Origin: an uncultured bacterium
Lineage (GTDB): Bacteria; Babelota; Babeliae; Babelales; Vermiphilaceae
Direction of reading: 5' to 3'
Assembly (NCBI GenBank): GCA_963727255.1
Contig: CAVSFC010000002.1
Span: 192,001 to 256,000, forward strand
DNA length: 64,000 nt
The notes under the pieces were generated by a model that saw only the letters and a program-made list of their open reading frames with translations, ran no database searches and was not told the origin of the DNA. Positions 10,168 to 19,819 of this stretch are shown here, one piece after another. Each line of letters starts with the position of its first letter. Position 1 is the stretch's first letter. Position numbers and translations under genes: made by a program.

Positions 10168-10788
10168 ATGAAAAAGCAATTATTAGCAATACTAGCCCTT
10201 GTGGCAATAACCATGGCTGGCTACATCCAAGCTCAAAAATCAATTGTGTATAACGATACCTATAAATTTGATCTGTATAAATATCTTACTGCTAAAGATA
10301 TCAATGATCTCAAGGCAGTTAAGACTTTTACCTTAACCAACGTTGATAAATTTGCTAAGCCGGGATCCCCTCAAGTATTAATCGATGCAAATGGCAACAT
10401 CTGGGCCAAAAAAACAGGCGCATTTTTTACGGGGACTTCAAGTAGAGGTTATGAAACCTGGAATATAGTAGCCATACCCGCGATACAGCCAACTTCAGCT
10501 ACAGGCAGAACTGCTGCAGCAGAACCGTCAAGAACGCCAATGGAAGCTATGACAGTTTTCGAAAATCGTGCATATACCGGCGGATCAACGCCAAACAGAA
10601 CTGATATAAAAGAGGCAGCGCTGAAGGCCAAACAGGAAAAAGAAAATGAATATAACCTCATCCTGAAACAACGGGAAGCAGAAGCCCAATCGATTGACCA
10701 AGCCCTAAAAAATACGGGATCAGATGGTTCTACTTATTCTGCTGAGAGCACAGATCCATTAAATTGGGTAACTCCAGGAAATTTTTAA
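10168..10788 (+). CDS. Secreted protein, array member 1: shared N-terminal domain plus short coiled-coil tail
   Basis: Signal peptide, then QKSIVYNDTYKFDLYKYLTAKD...AKKTGAFFTGTSSRGYETWNI, shared with the next three genes. Confidence 0.85.
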   Translation: MKKQLLAILALVAITMAGYIQAQKSIVYNDTYKFDLYKYLTAKDINDLKAVKTFTLTNVDKFAKPGSPQVLIDANGNIWAKKTGAFFTGTSSRGYETWNIVAIPAIQPTSATGRTAAAEPSRTPMEAMTVFENRAYTGGSTPNRTDIKEAALKAKQEKENEYNLILKQREAEAQSIDQALKNTGSDGSTYSAESTDPLNWVTPGNF

Positions 10789-10852
10789 AAGAACACAGTA
10801 GGAAGAAGTTAGAAGCTAAGTATTGGATGGCATGAAGAAAGAGGGAAAAAAT

Positions 10853-12253
10853 ATGAAGAAACAATTAATAGCAGTGGCCATATTATTGGCAATTGCAGCC
10901 AGCATCAATGCGATGCAGGGACAAAAATCTATCGCGTATAACGATACCTATCAATTTGACGTTTATAAATATCTTACCGCTCAAGATCTTAATGATCTGA
11001 AACAGGCCAAATCTTTTATATTAACCAACGTTGATAAATTTGCTAAGCCCGGATCTCCGCAAGAATTGCGTGATGCGAATGGCAACGTTTGGGCCAAAAA
11101 AACCGGTGCCTTTTTTAGGGGGACTTCAAATCGAGGTTATGAAACATGGAATATCATTGCTACGCCTGCTATTTCTGCAGGGCGAACACCAGCAGTGGCA
11201 CCAAGAGAAACTGCCGCTCCTAACAGAGTGCTGCAAACAACTGAAATTACTTTCACGCCTGGCTCTGCGCCGTTGATAGCCAAAACAGAAAAAGTTCCCG
11301 CGGTTCAACCACAAAAAACCACTTCGGTGACTGTTATTCCTCAAAAAGCCAAATTGGAATCAGTTCAATCAGCCGCACCAAGAATATTACAACAACCTGA
11401 GATTACGATGGCTCCCACAGCTACTCAATTGATTGCGCAAAGAGGAATAGTTCCAGTTGTTCAGCCTCAGAAAGCAACTCAAGTGACTCTTTCTCCCGCT
11501 ATAGAATTAAGGGCAACAAAAGAGACAGTTCCGGCGCAGGTTTTTGAAACCGAGGAAACCATGATTCAGCTAAAGAAAAAGCCAGAACTAAAACCAGTTG
11601 AGATCACCATGGTTCCAACAGCTTCGATAGCTAAACGCGAAATAGTTCCAGCAGTTCAACCACAAAAAGCAGTTCAAGATATTTATGAAGAAGTACAAGC
11701 AATAAAAGAAACAGTTCCAGCGCAGGTTTTTGAAAAAGAGGAAACTACCCTTCAGCTCGAGCCAAAGCTAGCTCAACCAGCGCAAGAGTCTCCGTTTAAG
11801 GGATTGGCCCAAAAACTTGCTGCAGGCATGAAGTCAACATTTCAGCAAACTCCAGCATTCCAAGCTGCGTACTATAATGCAATTAATCAAGGGGACACCA
11901 AAGCATTATCTAGTCTTCTTGCCAGAAGAGCAAATCCTAATATAGTCCTAGATCAAAATAACAATAAACGAAATCCCTTAGAGATCGCCTTGGAATCCAA
12001 TATTCCTGAAGACAAGAAAATTGCTATCCTCGATGCATTAATTGATGCAGGTGCGGATAAACAGATCCTTAATAAGTTCTTAGCTAATTCAGCCAGAACA
12101 GGGCAAGTAAAGATAGTAAAATGGCTGCTTGATCACGGTGCTACAGAAAATCTTAATGATGCACTCCGGGAAACGGAGGAGATGCTGGCCAAAAATCCGC
12201 AGAGCATTCAATTTAAAACTATTTTAGAACTTATATATGAGAAAAAAATATAA
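10853..12253 (+). CDS. Secreted protein, array member 2: shared domain, Pro/Thr/Gln-rich repeat stalk, ankyrin-like C-terminus
   Basis: Shared N-domain; repeats EIT..P.....A....VP.VQPQK; ankyrin-like motifs LLARRANPN, NPLEIAL, LIDAGAD, WLLDHGA. Confidence 0.85.
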   Translation: MKKQLIAVAILLAIAASINAMQGQKSIAYNDTYQFDVYKYLTAQDLNDLKQAKSFILTNVDKFAKPGSPQELRDANGNVWAKKTGAFFRGTSNRGYETWNIIATPAISAGRTPAVAPRETAAPNRVLQTTEITFTPGSAPLIAKTEKVPAVQPQKTTSVTVIPQKAKLESVQSAAPRILQQPEITMAPTATQLIAQRGIVPVVQPQKATQVTLSPAIELRATKETVPAQVFETEETMIQLKKKPELKPVEITMVPTASIAKREIVPAVQPQKAVQDIYEEVQAIKETVPAQVFEKEETTLQLEPKLAQPAQESPFKGLAQKLAAGMKSTFQQTPAFQAAYYNAINQGDTKALSSLLARRANPNIVLDQNNNKRNPLEIALESNIPEDKKIAILDALIDAGADKQILNKFLANSARTGQVKIVKWLLDHGATENLNDALRETEEMLAKNPQSIQFKTILELIYEKKI

Positions 12254-12290
12254 ATAATCTATTTTGCAAGAAATAAAAAAAAGGAGAAAA

Positions 12291-13220
12291 ATGAAGAAGC
12301 AATTAATAGTTATGGCGATCACACTAATCATAACAACCAGCATCAATGCAATGCAGGGTCAGAAATCTATCGCTTATAATGATCAATATAAATTTGATGT
12401 CTATAAATATCTCACGGCTAAAGATCTCAATGATCTCAAGCCCGGTAAAACTTTCACATTAACCAATGTGGATAAATTTGCTAAGCCGGGATCGCCGCAA
12501 GAATTACGTGATGCAAATGGCAACGTTTGGGCCAAAAAAACAGGAGCCTTTTTTACTGGAACTTCGAATAGAGGCTCCGAAACATGGAATATCATTTCTA
12601 CGCCTGCTATTACTGCAGGGCGAACTCCAGCAGTGGCACCAAGAGAAACTGAAGCTGCAGTAGTAAAAACAGCAGTGCAACCACCGTCAGAAGCTCTTGG
12701 AAAAGCAAAAAATAACGAAGAAATTCTTCTTACTTATAAAGGAATAATTGATTCATTTAAAAAGAGTGATGCAAGGGCTTTGATTAGAAACTTAGATAGA
12801 ATGCCTGAAAAGATATCGAATGAAGCAGAAGAATATATGAAGAAATCAGGAATAACCAACGATCAACTCATGGAAGCACTTATAGCTGCAAGTCCAGAAA
12901 TGCAAGTTACGTTTTTCAAATACATTACCAAAGATGATAATCCTGGAGCTTCCGATGCAGAAGTTTCAAGAATTGTACTAAGAAAGGCAATGCAAGATAA
13001 AAAAATGCTTCCATCAATCAAATGGTTAATTGAGAAAGAGAAAGTTAAAGATATAACAGGCGAAGTATTAAATGCAGCGGTAAAAAATAACTTCTATGAA
13101 GCCGCTCAACTTCTTGTAGACAATGGTGCAAAAATCACCGATGAAACTCGAGCACAAGCTGCTCGTATGGCAAAATATGACGGCGATAACCGATATCAAA
13201 AACTGCTCGCTGGCAAGTAA
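12291..13220 (+). CDS. Secreted protein, array member 3: shared domain plus one ~170-aa helical/ankyrin-like module
   Basis: AGGAG SD; shared N-domain; LNAAVKNNFYEAAQLLVDNGA. Confidence 0.85.
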   Translation: MKKQLIVMAITLIITTSINAMQGQKSIAYNDQYKFDVYKYLTAKDLNDLKPGKTFTLTNVDKFAKPGSPQELRDANGNVWAKKTGAFFTGTSNRGSETWNIISTPAITAGRTPAVAPRETEAAVVKTAVQPPSEALGKAKNNEEILLTYKGIIDSFKKSDARALIRNLDRMPEKISNEAEEYMKKSGITNDQLMEALIAASPEMQVTFFKYITKDDNPGASDAEVSRIVLRKAMQDKKMLPSIKWLIEKEKVKDITGEVLNAAVKNNFYEAAQLLVDNGAKITDETRAQAARMAKYDGDNRYQKLLAGK

Positions 13221-13255
13221 GGATTGAGCAATTAGATTAAAAAATTAGGAGAAAA

Positions 13256-15804
13256 ATGAAGAAACAATTAATAGTTATGGCGATCACACTGATCATGACA
13301 ACCAGCATCAATGCAATGCAGGGTCAGAAATCTATCGCTTATAATGATCAATATAAATTTGATGTCTATAAATATCTCACGGCTAAAGATCTCAATGATC
13401 TCAAGCCCGGTAAAACTTTCACATTAACCAATGTGGATAAATTTGCTAAGCCGGGATCGCCGCAAGAATTACGTGATGCAAATGGCAACGTTTGGGCCAA
13501 AAAAACAGGAGCCTTTTTTACTGGAACTTCGAATAGAGGCTCCGAAACATGGAATATCATTGCTACGCCTGCTATTACTGCAGGACGAACTCCAGCAGTG
13601 GCACCAAGAGAAACTGAAGCTGCAGTAGTAAAAACAGCAGTGCAACCACCGTCAGAATCTCTTGGAAAAGCGAAAACCAAAGAAGAGATTGTTCTTGCTT
13701 ATAAAGCGGCAATTGATGCATTTAAAAATAATGACGTTAAGGCCTTGATTAGAAACTTCGATAGACTCCCCGAAAATATGCCCCAAGGCGGTGAAGAATA
13801 CTTGGCGAAATCAGGGATAACCGACGACACAATAATGAACGCAATTAAGGCTGCACATCCCGAAACACAAGTTGCGTTTTTTAAATACGTAACCAAAAAA
13901 GAAAACCCTAAAGCTTATGATGAAGAGATTGCAAGACTCACACTCAAAAGGGCAATGTATGGCAAAGATAAAGAAATGTTGCTTCCAGCAATCAAATGGC
14001 TGCTCGAAAAAGAGAAAGTTAAAGACATAAATGGTGAAGCATTAGGAGAAGCAATAGATAGCGGTTTCTATGAAGCGGCCAAGCTTCTTAAAGAAAATGG
14101 ATCACCAGTTACTGCATATGCTAAATCTAGTGCGGAAAGAATGTTCAGAAATAAAAAAGACGACCGATTTTTAAAACTTTTGGGTATTAATCTGCCAGCA
14201 GCCCAAACTCAAGCGGCTCCTGCATCTGCCCCAGTAACTGCAGCCGCGACACCTGCAGCAGTAGTATCGGCAGCAGCAGCTCCAGCAAAAGTTATATCTT
14301 TAGATGAAGAGGCGCAAAAAATAATAGACGCTATTAAGACAGCTACTAAAGCCGCTTTAAAGAATGATGCAAAAAGCACACTTGAAAATTACAAGCAGTT
14401 CGCACTGCTAGGAAGCTTGAATCAACTTGTACAAACAGCACTTAAAAGAAACCCTGAATATATTACTGCAATTGAAAACTTCAGAAAAGCAATGGCATCG
14501 GCACATCCCTCTCTAAAAGTTGTGCTTGTCAAATACAATAATAAGCTTGAAAATCCTGGACTTTCTGATGAAGAAAACTCAAGAATGTTATTACAGGATC
14601 TCGTAAGTGCGAGAGACCAAAAAGAGAATCTTCCATTAATTAAAGAACTTATCGAGAACCAAAAGGTAAAAGATCTAACCGGCGATATTTTAAATGCAGC
14701 ACTCGATAATGACTTCCCTGAGGCCGTTGAGCTTCTAATAAAGAGTGGCGCAAAAATCACTGATTTTGCACGTGACTATGCAATAAATCCTAAATATCAA
14801 AAGCTATTTGCTGGAACTTCTGCGGCAACTACAGCACCCACTACAGCCACAGGGGTTCCGACTAATAAAGAAATTATCGCTATCTTTCAAGATGTTGCTA
14901 AAGCAATTCAGAATAATGATATTCAAGGCATACTCGCAAACTATGCACAATTACCAACGGGAAAAATAACCCCCGATTTTCAAAAATTAATGGAAAGCAC
15001 TGGCATGGGAGATAAACTAGAAAAAGCATATAAAGGCGCGAATCAAGAAACCAAAACCGCTTTTTGGAAAGCTGACATCAACAAGAAAATCCCATTCTTC
15101 AAGGAGCAAGACTTTCAACCCAATTACTTTTAGATGCGGTAAATGAGACGGATGCCAAATTACTCGAATTCATGCTTATGCAAAAAAATATTAAAGACGC
15201 TACTGGCGCAGCATTAGAACAGGCGATAAAAAATAATTTCTATGAAGGAGCTGAACTTCTGATAAAAAATGGTTCTCCAAAGACACAAGCGGCTATAGAT
15301 GCGGCTAATGCAGCTGCCCTCAAGGATGATCGATACCAGAAGCTTCTGGGAATCGCGCCTTCGCAGCCATTAGTCGGAAAAATGGCAGACGCACAAAAAG
15401 ATGACGAATTCAAAAAGGCGATTGAATCCGGCAATTTCGAAGAAATAAAGAGACTTATTGCAGCAGGCACCTCAGCTGAAAAATTCAAAGCAACTGCTTC
15501 CAATACCCCTCTCGTCATTTTGCTAACAGCAAAAATACCTGCAATCAAAAGATACAAATCACTGAATATCTCCTTTTAAAGGGCGCTGATAAAGACAAAA
15601 GAGCGCGTAACCTGCGCACTCGCAAATGCGGCTGCTGACTTTAGATCGGGACTCGGTAAGAGTGCTCTTATTAGGGGAGCAAATGATGCTAGTGGTGCGG
15701 CACGGCAAGCTGCAAAATTAATAGCTGATGATTTCATGCAATCGGCTGAGAATCGAGATAAAGCTAAATCAATTATCGAATTAATTGAGCATTACATTAA
15801 ATAG
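13256..15804 (+). CDS. Secreted protein, array member 4: shared domain, three helical/ankyrin-like modules, ankyrin tail (apparent frameshifts near 15120 and 15550-15650)
   Basis: ORF 13256..15133 continues in another frame (QLLLDAVNETDAKLLEFMLMQKNIKDATG...), which includes ORF 15172..15579, then EYLLLKGADKD and ...IIELIEHYIK* ending at 15804. Confidence 0.75.
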
Positions 15805-15855
15805 ATCTGCGGAAATTCTGTAAAATAAAGACCGTGTGTTTAAATGGAGAAAACG

Positions 15856-16287
15856 ATGAAAAAATTATTATTAACACTATTTGCCTTATTGGCAATTGCA
15901 AATACTGAGCATGCGATGCAAAAAACACCAGTTGATGTGATATCTCAAAATGTAACACCACTTTGGCGCGCAGTTTACAATAATGGCAAAGATACAGATA
16001 GCACAAGTCTTAAACTTGTACATGAACTCATTGCCCAAGGCGCTAATCCAAACATAGAGTTGCCTTCTTCTTCACCTATGGAGATCGCATTCATACGCCT
16101 TACCCAACGTGGCCTGGATCCTGTAGAAGCTCAAAGACGAATAGAAGTACTAAAAATACTTTTAAGCAAAGGCGCAGAACCCAAATCAAAACGATGGAAT
16201 TTAGTAACATTGGTTAATAATATGCCAGAATCAAGCCACAAAAAAGAGCTTCTTTCTATTTTAAAAACCCACGGTTTATCAAAATAA
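15856..16287 (+). CDS. Secreted ankyrin-like protein lacking the shared domain
   Basis: GGAG SD; signal peptide ending EHA-MQK; TPLWRAV, LIAQGANPN, LLSKGA. Confidence 0.8.
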   Translation: MKKLLLTLFALLAIANTEHAMQKTPVDVISQNVTPLWRAVYNNGKDTDSTSLKLVHELIAQGANPNIELPSSSPMEIAFIRLTQRGLDPVEAQRRIEVLKILLSKGAEPKSKRWNLVTLVNNMPESSHKKELLSILKTHGLSK

Positions 16288-16295
16288 ATCTAATA

Positions 16296-16354
16296 AGAGC
16301 TTCTAAATATGAACTTGACTGGTTTTAAAAGCCGAGTTCGCACTTCGAGGCTCT
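16296..16354. terminator. Hairpin between the convergent array and tmRNA, possible terminator
   Basis: Nested imperfect inverted repeat AGAGC..GAACT..GGTTTT / AAAAGCC GAGTTC..GCTCT. Confidence 0.35.
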
Positions 16355-16370
16355 AACCTAAAGTGGTAGA

Positions 16371-16433
16371 CTGGCCGTGCTAGGCGTAGCCGCGTTTATA
16401 CTTCGAAGCTTAACCCACGCAGGCGAAGACTGG
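16371..16433. repeat. GC-rich palindromic element abutting the tmRNA 3' end
   Basis: Minus strand CCAGTCTTCGCC...GGCTACGCCTAGCACGGCCAG; shares the GCGAAG.CTGG word with R1 and R4. Confidence 0.45.
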
Positions 16434-16829
16434 TGGAGGCGATGGGAGTCGAACCCATGTCCGCATAATATCAGATTTCAAGCACTACATGCTTAGTCTC
16501 AGCATATACGAGTTAATAAACTTCTAAGACACAGCGTAATTAACAAGGCATTTTAGTATACAAACCATGCCACAAAACTGCTAAATCTTGCATGGCGGTT
16601 CCATCTGATCTAATACGAATGAGCCAAACTGATAGACACGTCCAGCTCATAAGCGTTCACAACGCGCTTACGCGCAAGCGATAGCGGTTTGTGAAGCGAA
16701 TGCGTTATCAAAACGCATGAATGCATTGTCTGCATTTCTTCTTTTTGACTAATTGTTTAACGAGCACTTAGCCAACGCTCGGCATGCTCCCGAAATCATC
16801 AATAACACGTCGAAACCAAATACGCCCCC
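16431..16829 (-). ncRNA. ssrA: tmRNA
   Basis: 5' GGGGGCGTATTTGGTTTCGAC; 3' GGACATGGGTTCGACTCCCATCGCCTCCACCA; internal tag frame 16733..16668 (ADNAFMRFDNAFASQTAIACA*); immediately downstream of smpB. Confidence 0.95.
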
Positions 16830-16909
16830 AAAAATTTCAAAGATTTGTATACTAATAGTAATTAGTTTTCGGCATTAAGTCAATATTTTAAAAACACCTT
16901 TTTGATACT

Positions 16910-17368
16910 TCAAAACCGGTATTTACCCCGTAATTCACGAGAAGTTTCTCGCTTAATATCCCGTTCTTTAATAGATTCTTTTTTACTTGCCGCTTTCTTA
17001 TGCTTTGCAATCCCCAGCTCAACTTTGGCAAAATTACGATCATTAAAATAGATTTTGAGCGGCACGATAGTAATGCCTTTGCGAGAAATATCACCGATGA
17101 GCCGATTAATTTCTTTCCGCTTGAGCAACAATTTGCGGCTCCGGGTTGCATCTTCTTTTTTTGCAGAGAATGCTTGAGTGTAGGGAGTGATATTGCAATT
17201 AATTAAAAATAATTGGCTATCATGCATAGTGGCAAATGAACCAATGAGTGAGACTTTTCCCGCCCGCAATGATTTTACTTCATCGCCGGTGAGCACGATT
17301 CCTGCTTCAAGCCGATCTAAAATCTCATAATCAAATAAAGCTTTTTTATTCTGTGCAACAACTTTCAT
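16910..17368 (-). CDS. smpB: SsrA-binding protein
   Basis: NKKALFDYEI..LEAGIVLTGDEVKSLR, RSRKLLL, TIVPLKIYF, basic tail. Confidence 0.97.
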   Translation of the reverse strand: MKVVAQNKKALFDYEILDRLEAGIVLTGDEVKSLRAGKVSLIGSFATMHDSQLFLINCNITPYTQAFSAKKEDATRSRKLLLKRKEINRLIGDISRKGITIVPLKIYFNDRNFAKVELGIAKHKKAASKKESIKERDIKRETSRELRGKYRF

Positions 17369-17389
17369 GTTTATCCCACGTGCTCGCCC

Positions 17390-17839
17390 TTAAGACGCCG
17401 ATAAAAAATGTAAAAAAAATGGATAGGCTGCAACTGCCGCCAAAAGCCCTAAAATGTTTCCGCCGATAATAAAAGTCCATAAGGAAAGATTTGGTATTCC
17501 AAGCCGAGAAAGCTTGAGATTAAGCCAATGCATCCATGCAGGATTATACACATATAAATTCAGAGCGAAAATCCGCTCAACAATAAATTTGCCAACAGCA
17601 TAATCGGCCATATACAGCGGAATCATGGTAAAAGGATTATTAACAATATGTGTTACGGCATAAACAACCGCAACATTCAAACGCAATGCCCAGGCAAAAA
17701 TAATAGTTAGAAGCCAATGTATGCCTAAAAAGGGGGAAAATGCGATAAAAATGCCCACTGATGAAGCATAGGCCAATTTCTTTGGCGTACGCTCATGCAA
17801 GATCATCTTTTTCCCAAATTCGATGGCCTGTTTCATCAT
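17390..17839 (-). CDS. DUF2062-like membrane protein
   Basis: TPKKLA...GIFIAFSPFLG, NNPFTMIPLY, ..GG.ILG pattern. Confidence 0.75.
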   Translation of the reverse strand: MMKQAIEFGKKMILHERTPKKLAYASSVGIFIAFSPFLGIHWLLTIIFAWALRLNVAVVYAVTHIVNNPFTMIPLYMADYAVGKFIVERIFALNLYVYNPAWMHWLNLKLSRLGIPNLSLWTFIIGGNILGLLAAVAAYPFFLHFLSAS

Positions 17840-17976
17840 GATTTATCCACGCCTTTTAAATCAAACCTAAGCCCTCGCAGGAAGGTGAATGTGCTTTAGG
17901 CGATTCTTATACAAAAAAATTTACTTTTGGTATAGTATACATCAAAATCAGTAACTTTAGCTATCAAGAGGCAATT

Positions 17977-18687
17977 ATGCTGATAAAAACGATTATTTTT
18001 AGTTTTTTGGGACTCATTGGTTTAGCAAATCTGCCTATGCATGCTTTTGGGGAAAAAAGCCTTTTTTTTGGGAGTATTTTCTTTCCAAGTACCCTTGAAA
18101 TGGTTCCCAGCATCCGGGTCTACTATGCCGGACGCAAAATAGTATGCGAGACGGATGATTGTGGCAAAAAGATCACTTTCTCTATCCCTGAACATAAGCA
18201 GCGCACTTTCTTCTTTATGCTTATTACTCCCGAAATAGAATTTTGCAGCCATGAAAATACGGTGCCCTTCTTAAAACTTAAAAAGAGCGCCCCCTATAAA
18301 TTTTTTGTGATGGAGCTGATCCAAGTAGAAGCTCCAAAGAAAAAAAAGAAACCTTGGTCAAATCCGTTTGAAAAAAACATGGAATATACCTGGTCAATCA
18401 GGCAGCTTGATCTTCAATTGCCAGATAGTCGAATTCCTGATGAAACAGTTATAGTCCAGTATCATCCTGATTATGTGCAAGCTCTTGAAGGGGGAAATAA
18501 TATTGAGTTTCCAAAAATTATCATCAAGCCAGATATTCTCAAATTAGTCGGATCAGAAGCAAAGCTGCATGAACTTTCCAATCGCTGGTTTTTGGCGGCG
18601 CTCAATACCGATACTATCCATGAAACCGCGCCGGCAGAAATTCGTATCACCCCTCAATCCAAAACTATATTGGCAATGGCAGCATGA
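17977..18687 (+). CDS. Hypothetical exported protein
   Basis: GAGG SD; signal peptide ending MHA; 236-aa ORF upstream of tsaD. Confidence 0.7.
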   Translation: MLIKTIIFSFLGLIGLANLPMHAFGEKSLFFGSIFFPSTLEMVPSIRVYYAGRKIVCETDDCGKKITFSIPEHKQRTFFFMLITPEIEFCSHENTVPFLKLKKSAPYKFFVMELIQVEAPKKKKKPWSNPFEKNMEYTWSIRQLDLQLPDSRIPDETVIVQYHPDYVQALEGGNNIEFPKIIIKPDILKLVGSEAKLHELSNRWFLAALNTDTIHETAPAEIRITPQSKTILAMAA

Positions 18688-18766
18688 CCCTTCGAGATGT
18701 CCTCCGGACTCCTCAGGACGAGCGGAATATTTTACTTTCTCGTTCGTATTGAGCAGTCGAACCATG
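18688..18766. repeat. Palindromic element (copy R2)
   Basis: CCCTTCGAGA...CTCCTCAGGACGAGCGG matches 45264..45301; the downstream CGTTCGTATTGAGCAGTCGAACCAT matches the CCGCTCGTGGTGAGCTTGTCGAACCAT arm of the gspI copy. Confidence 0.75.
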
Positions 18767-18780
18767 AATTAGGAAAAATT

Positions 18781-19803
18781 ATGGCACGCATAACATTAGG
18801 CATTGAGACTTCATGTGATGAAACTGCAGCAGCGGTCTATCATGAACAAAAAGGAGTACTTTCAAATGTACTCTTCTCGCAAATCTCATCGCATGTAGAA
18901 TTTGGAGGAGTTCTACCGGAAGTAGCATCACGAAGACAGCTTGAAAAAATCAATACAATAATCGAAGAAACTCTTTCGGTTGCGGGAATTGAACTTAGGG
19001 ATATCGATGTTATTGCAGTTACTCACAAACCTGGATTACCTGGCTCTTTGCTTGCTGGCGTTTGTTTTGCAAAAGGTTTAGCTTTTGCAAGCGGGAAAAA
19101 ACTTATTGGCATTAATCATCTTGAAGGTCATGCATTTTCACCATTAATTGAACACAGAGTACCTTTTCCTCATCTTTCATTGACGGCATCAGGCGGGCAC
19201 ACCGCGCTTTATCTCATTGAGGATTTTGGAGTTTATACATTATTAGGCGAAACCATTGATGATGCGGCAGGTGAAGCCTTTGATAAAATCGCACGCTTTA
19301 TGCACTATGAATACCCAGGCGGTCCAAAAATTGAAAGTCTTGCTAGACAAGCAAACTTTAAGGATTACTTTCATTATCCGCGACCTATGAATAAAGGTCT
19401 CACGTTCAGCTTTTCTGGGTTAAAAACCGCAGTACTTTATGATTTGATAAAAAGAAACGCATTTGATATGACCACCAAAACATTTCTTAAAAAAGAGGAT
19501 GATGTACTTAAACAGCAAATCGCTAGTTCTGTTTTAGTATGCGTAAATGATATTTTTATTAATAAAATTAAACAGGCACTTGAACAATTTCCACAAGTAA
19601 AGGCCATAACATTTGCAGGTGGAGTAGCATGTAATAAGTTTATTAAACAGAGCTTTCAAGAATTTGCAAACAAACACAATATAACTTTCTTTGCCCCGTC
19701 TCCCCAATATTGCACCGATAATGGCGCCATGATAGCATTTGTGGGCAATTATAAGGCTGAACAAGGCAAATACTCAAATTTCGATCTGGATATTTTGCGT
19801 TAA
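18781..19803 (+). CDS. tsaD: tRNA N6-threonylcarbamoyladenosine transferase
   Basis: LGIETSCDET, GINHLEGH, SGGHT, DDAAGEAFDK, FSFSGLKT, GGVACN, TDNGAMIA; true start at MARITLG after AGGA. Confidence 0.97.
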   Translation: MARITLGIETSCDETAAAVYHEQKGVLSNVLFSQISSHVEFGGVLPEVASRRQLEKINTIIEETLSVAGIELRDIDVIAVTHKPGLPGSLLAGVCFAKGLAFASGKKLIGINHLEGHAFSPLIEHRVPFPHLSLTASGGHTALYLIEDFGVYTLLGETIDDAAGEAFDKIARFMHYEYPGGPKIESLARQANFKDYFHYPRPMNKGLTFSFSGLKTAVLYDLIKRNAFDMTTKTFLKKEDDVLKQQIASSVLVCVNDIFINKIKQALEQFPQVKAITFAGGVACNKFIKQSFQEFANKHNITFFAPSPQYCTDNGAMIAFVGNYKAEQGKYSNFDLDILR

Positions 19804-19819
19804 TTTAAGCGACTTGTGA

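Noticed and set aside
11031..13680. Recurring alternative ORFs (MINLLS/MWINLLS and the antisense MIFHVSEP ORFs) as a hidden gene family
   Set aside because: They are shadows of the duplicated N-terminal domain DNA in other frames, with no independent SD or coding signal.
18697..18780. N-terminal extension of TsaD in the ORF track
   Set aside because: The upstream ATG lies inside palindrome R2; the canonical start MARITLG has its own SD.
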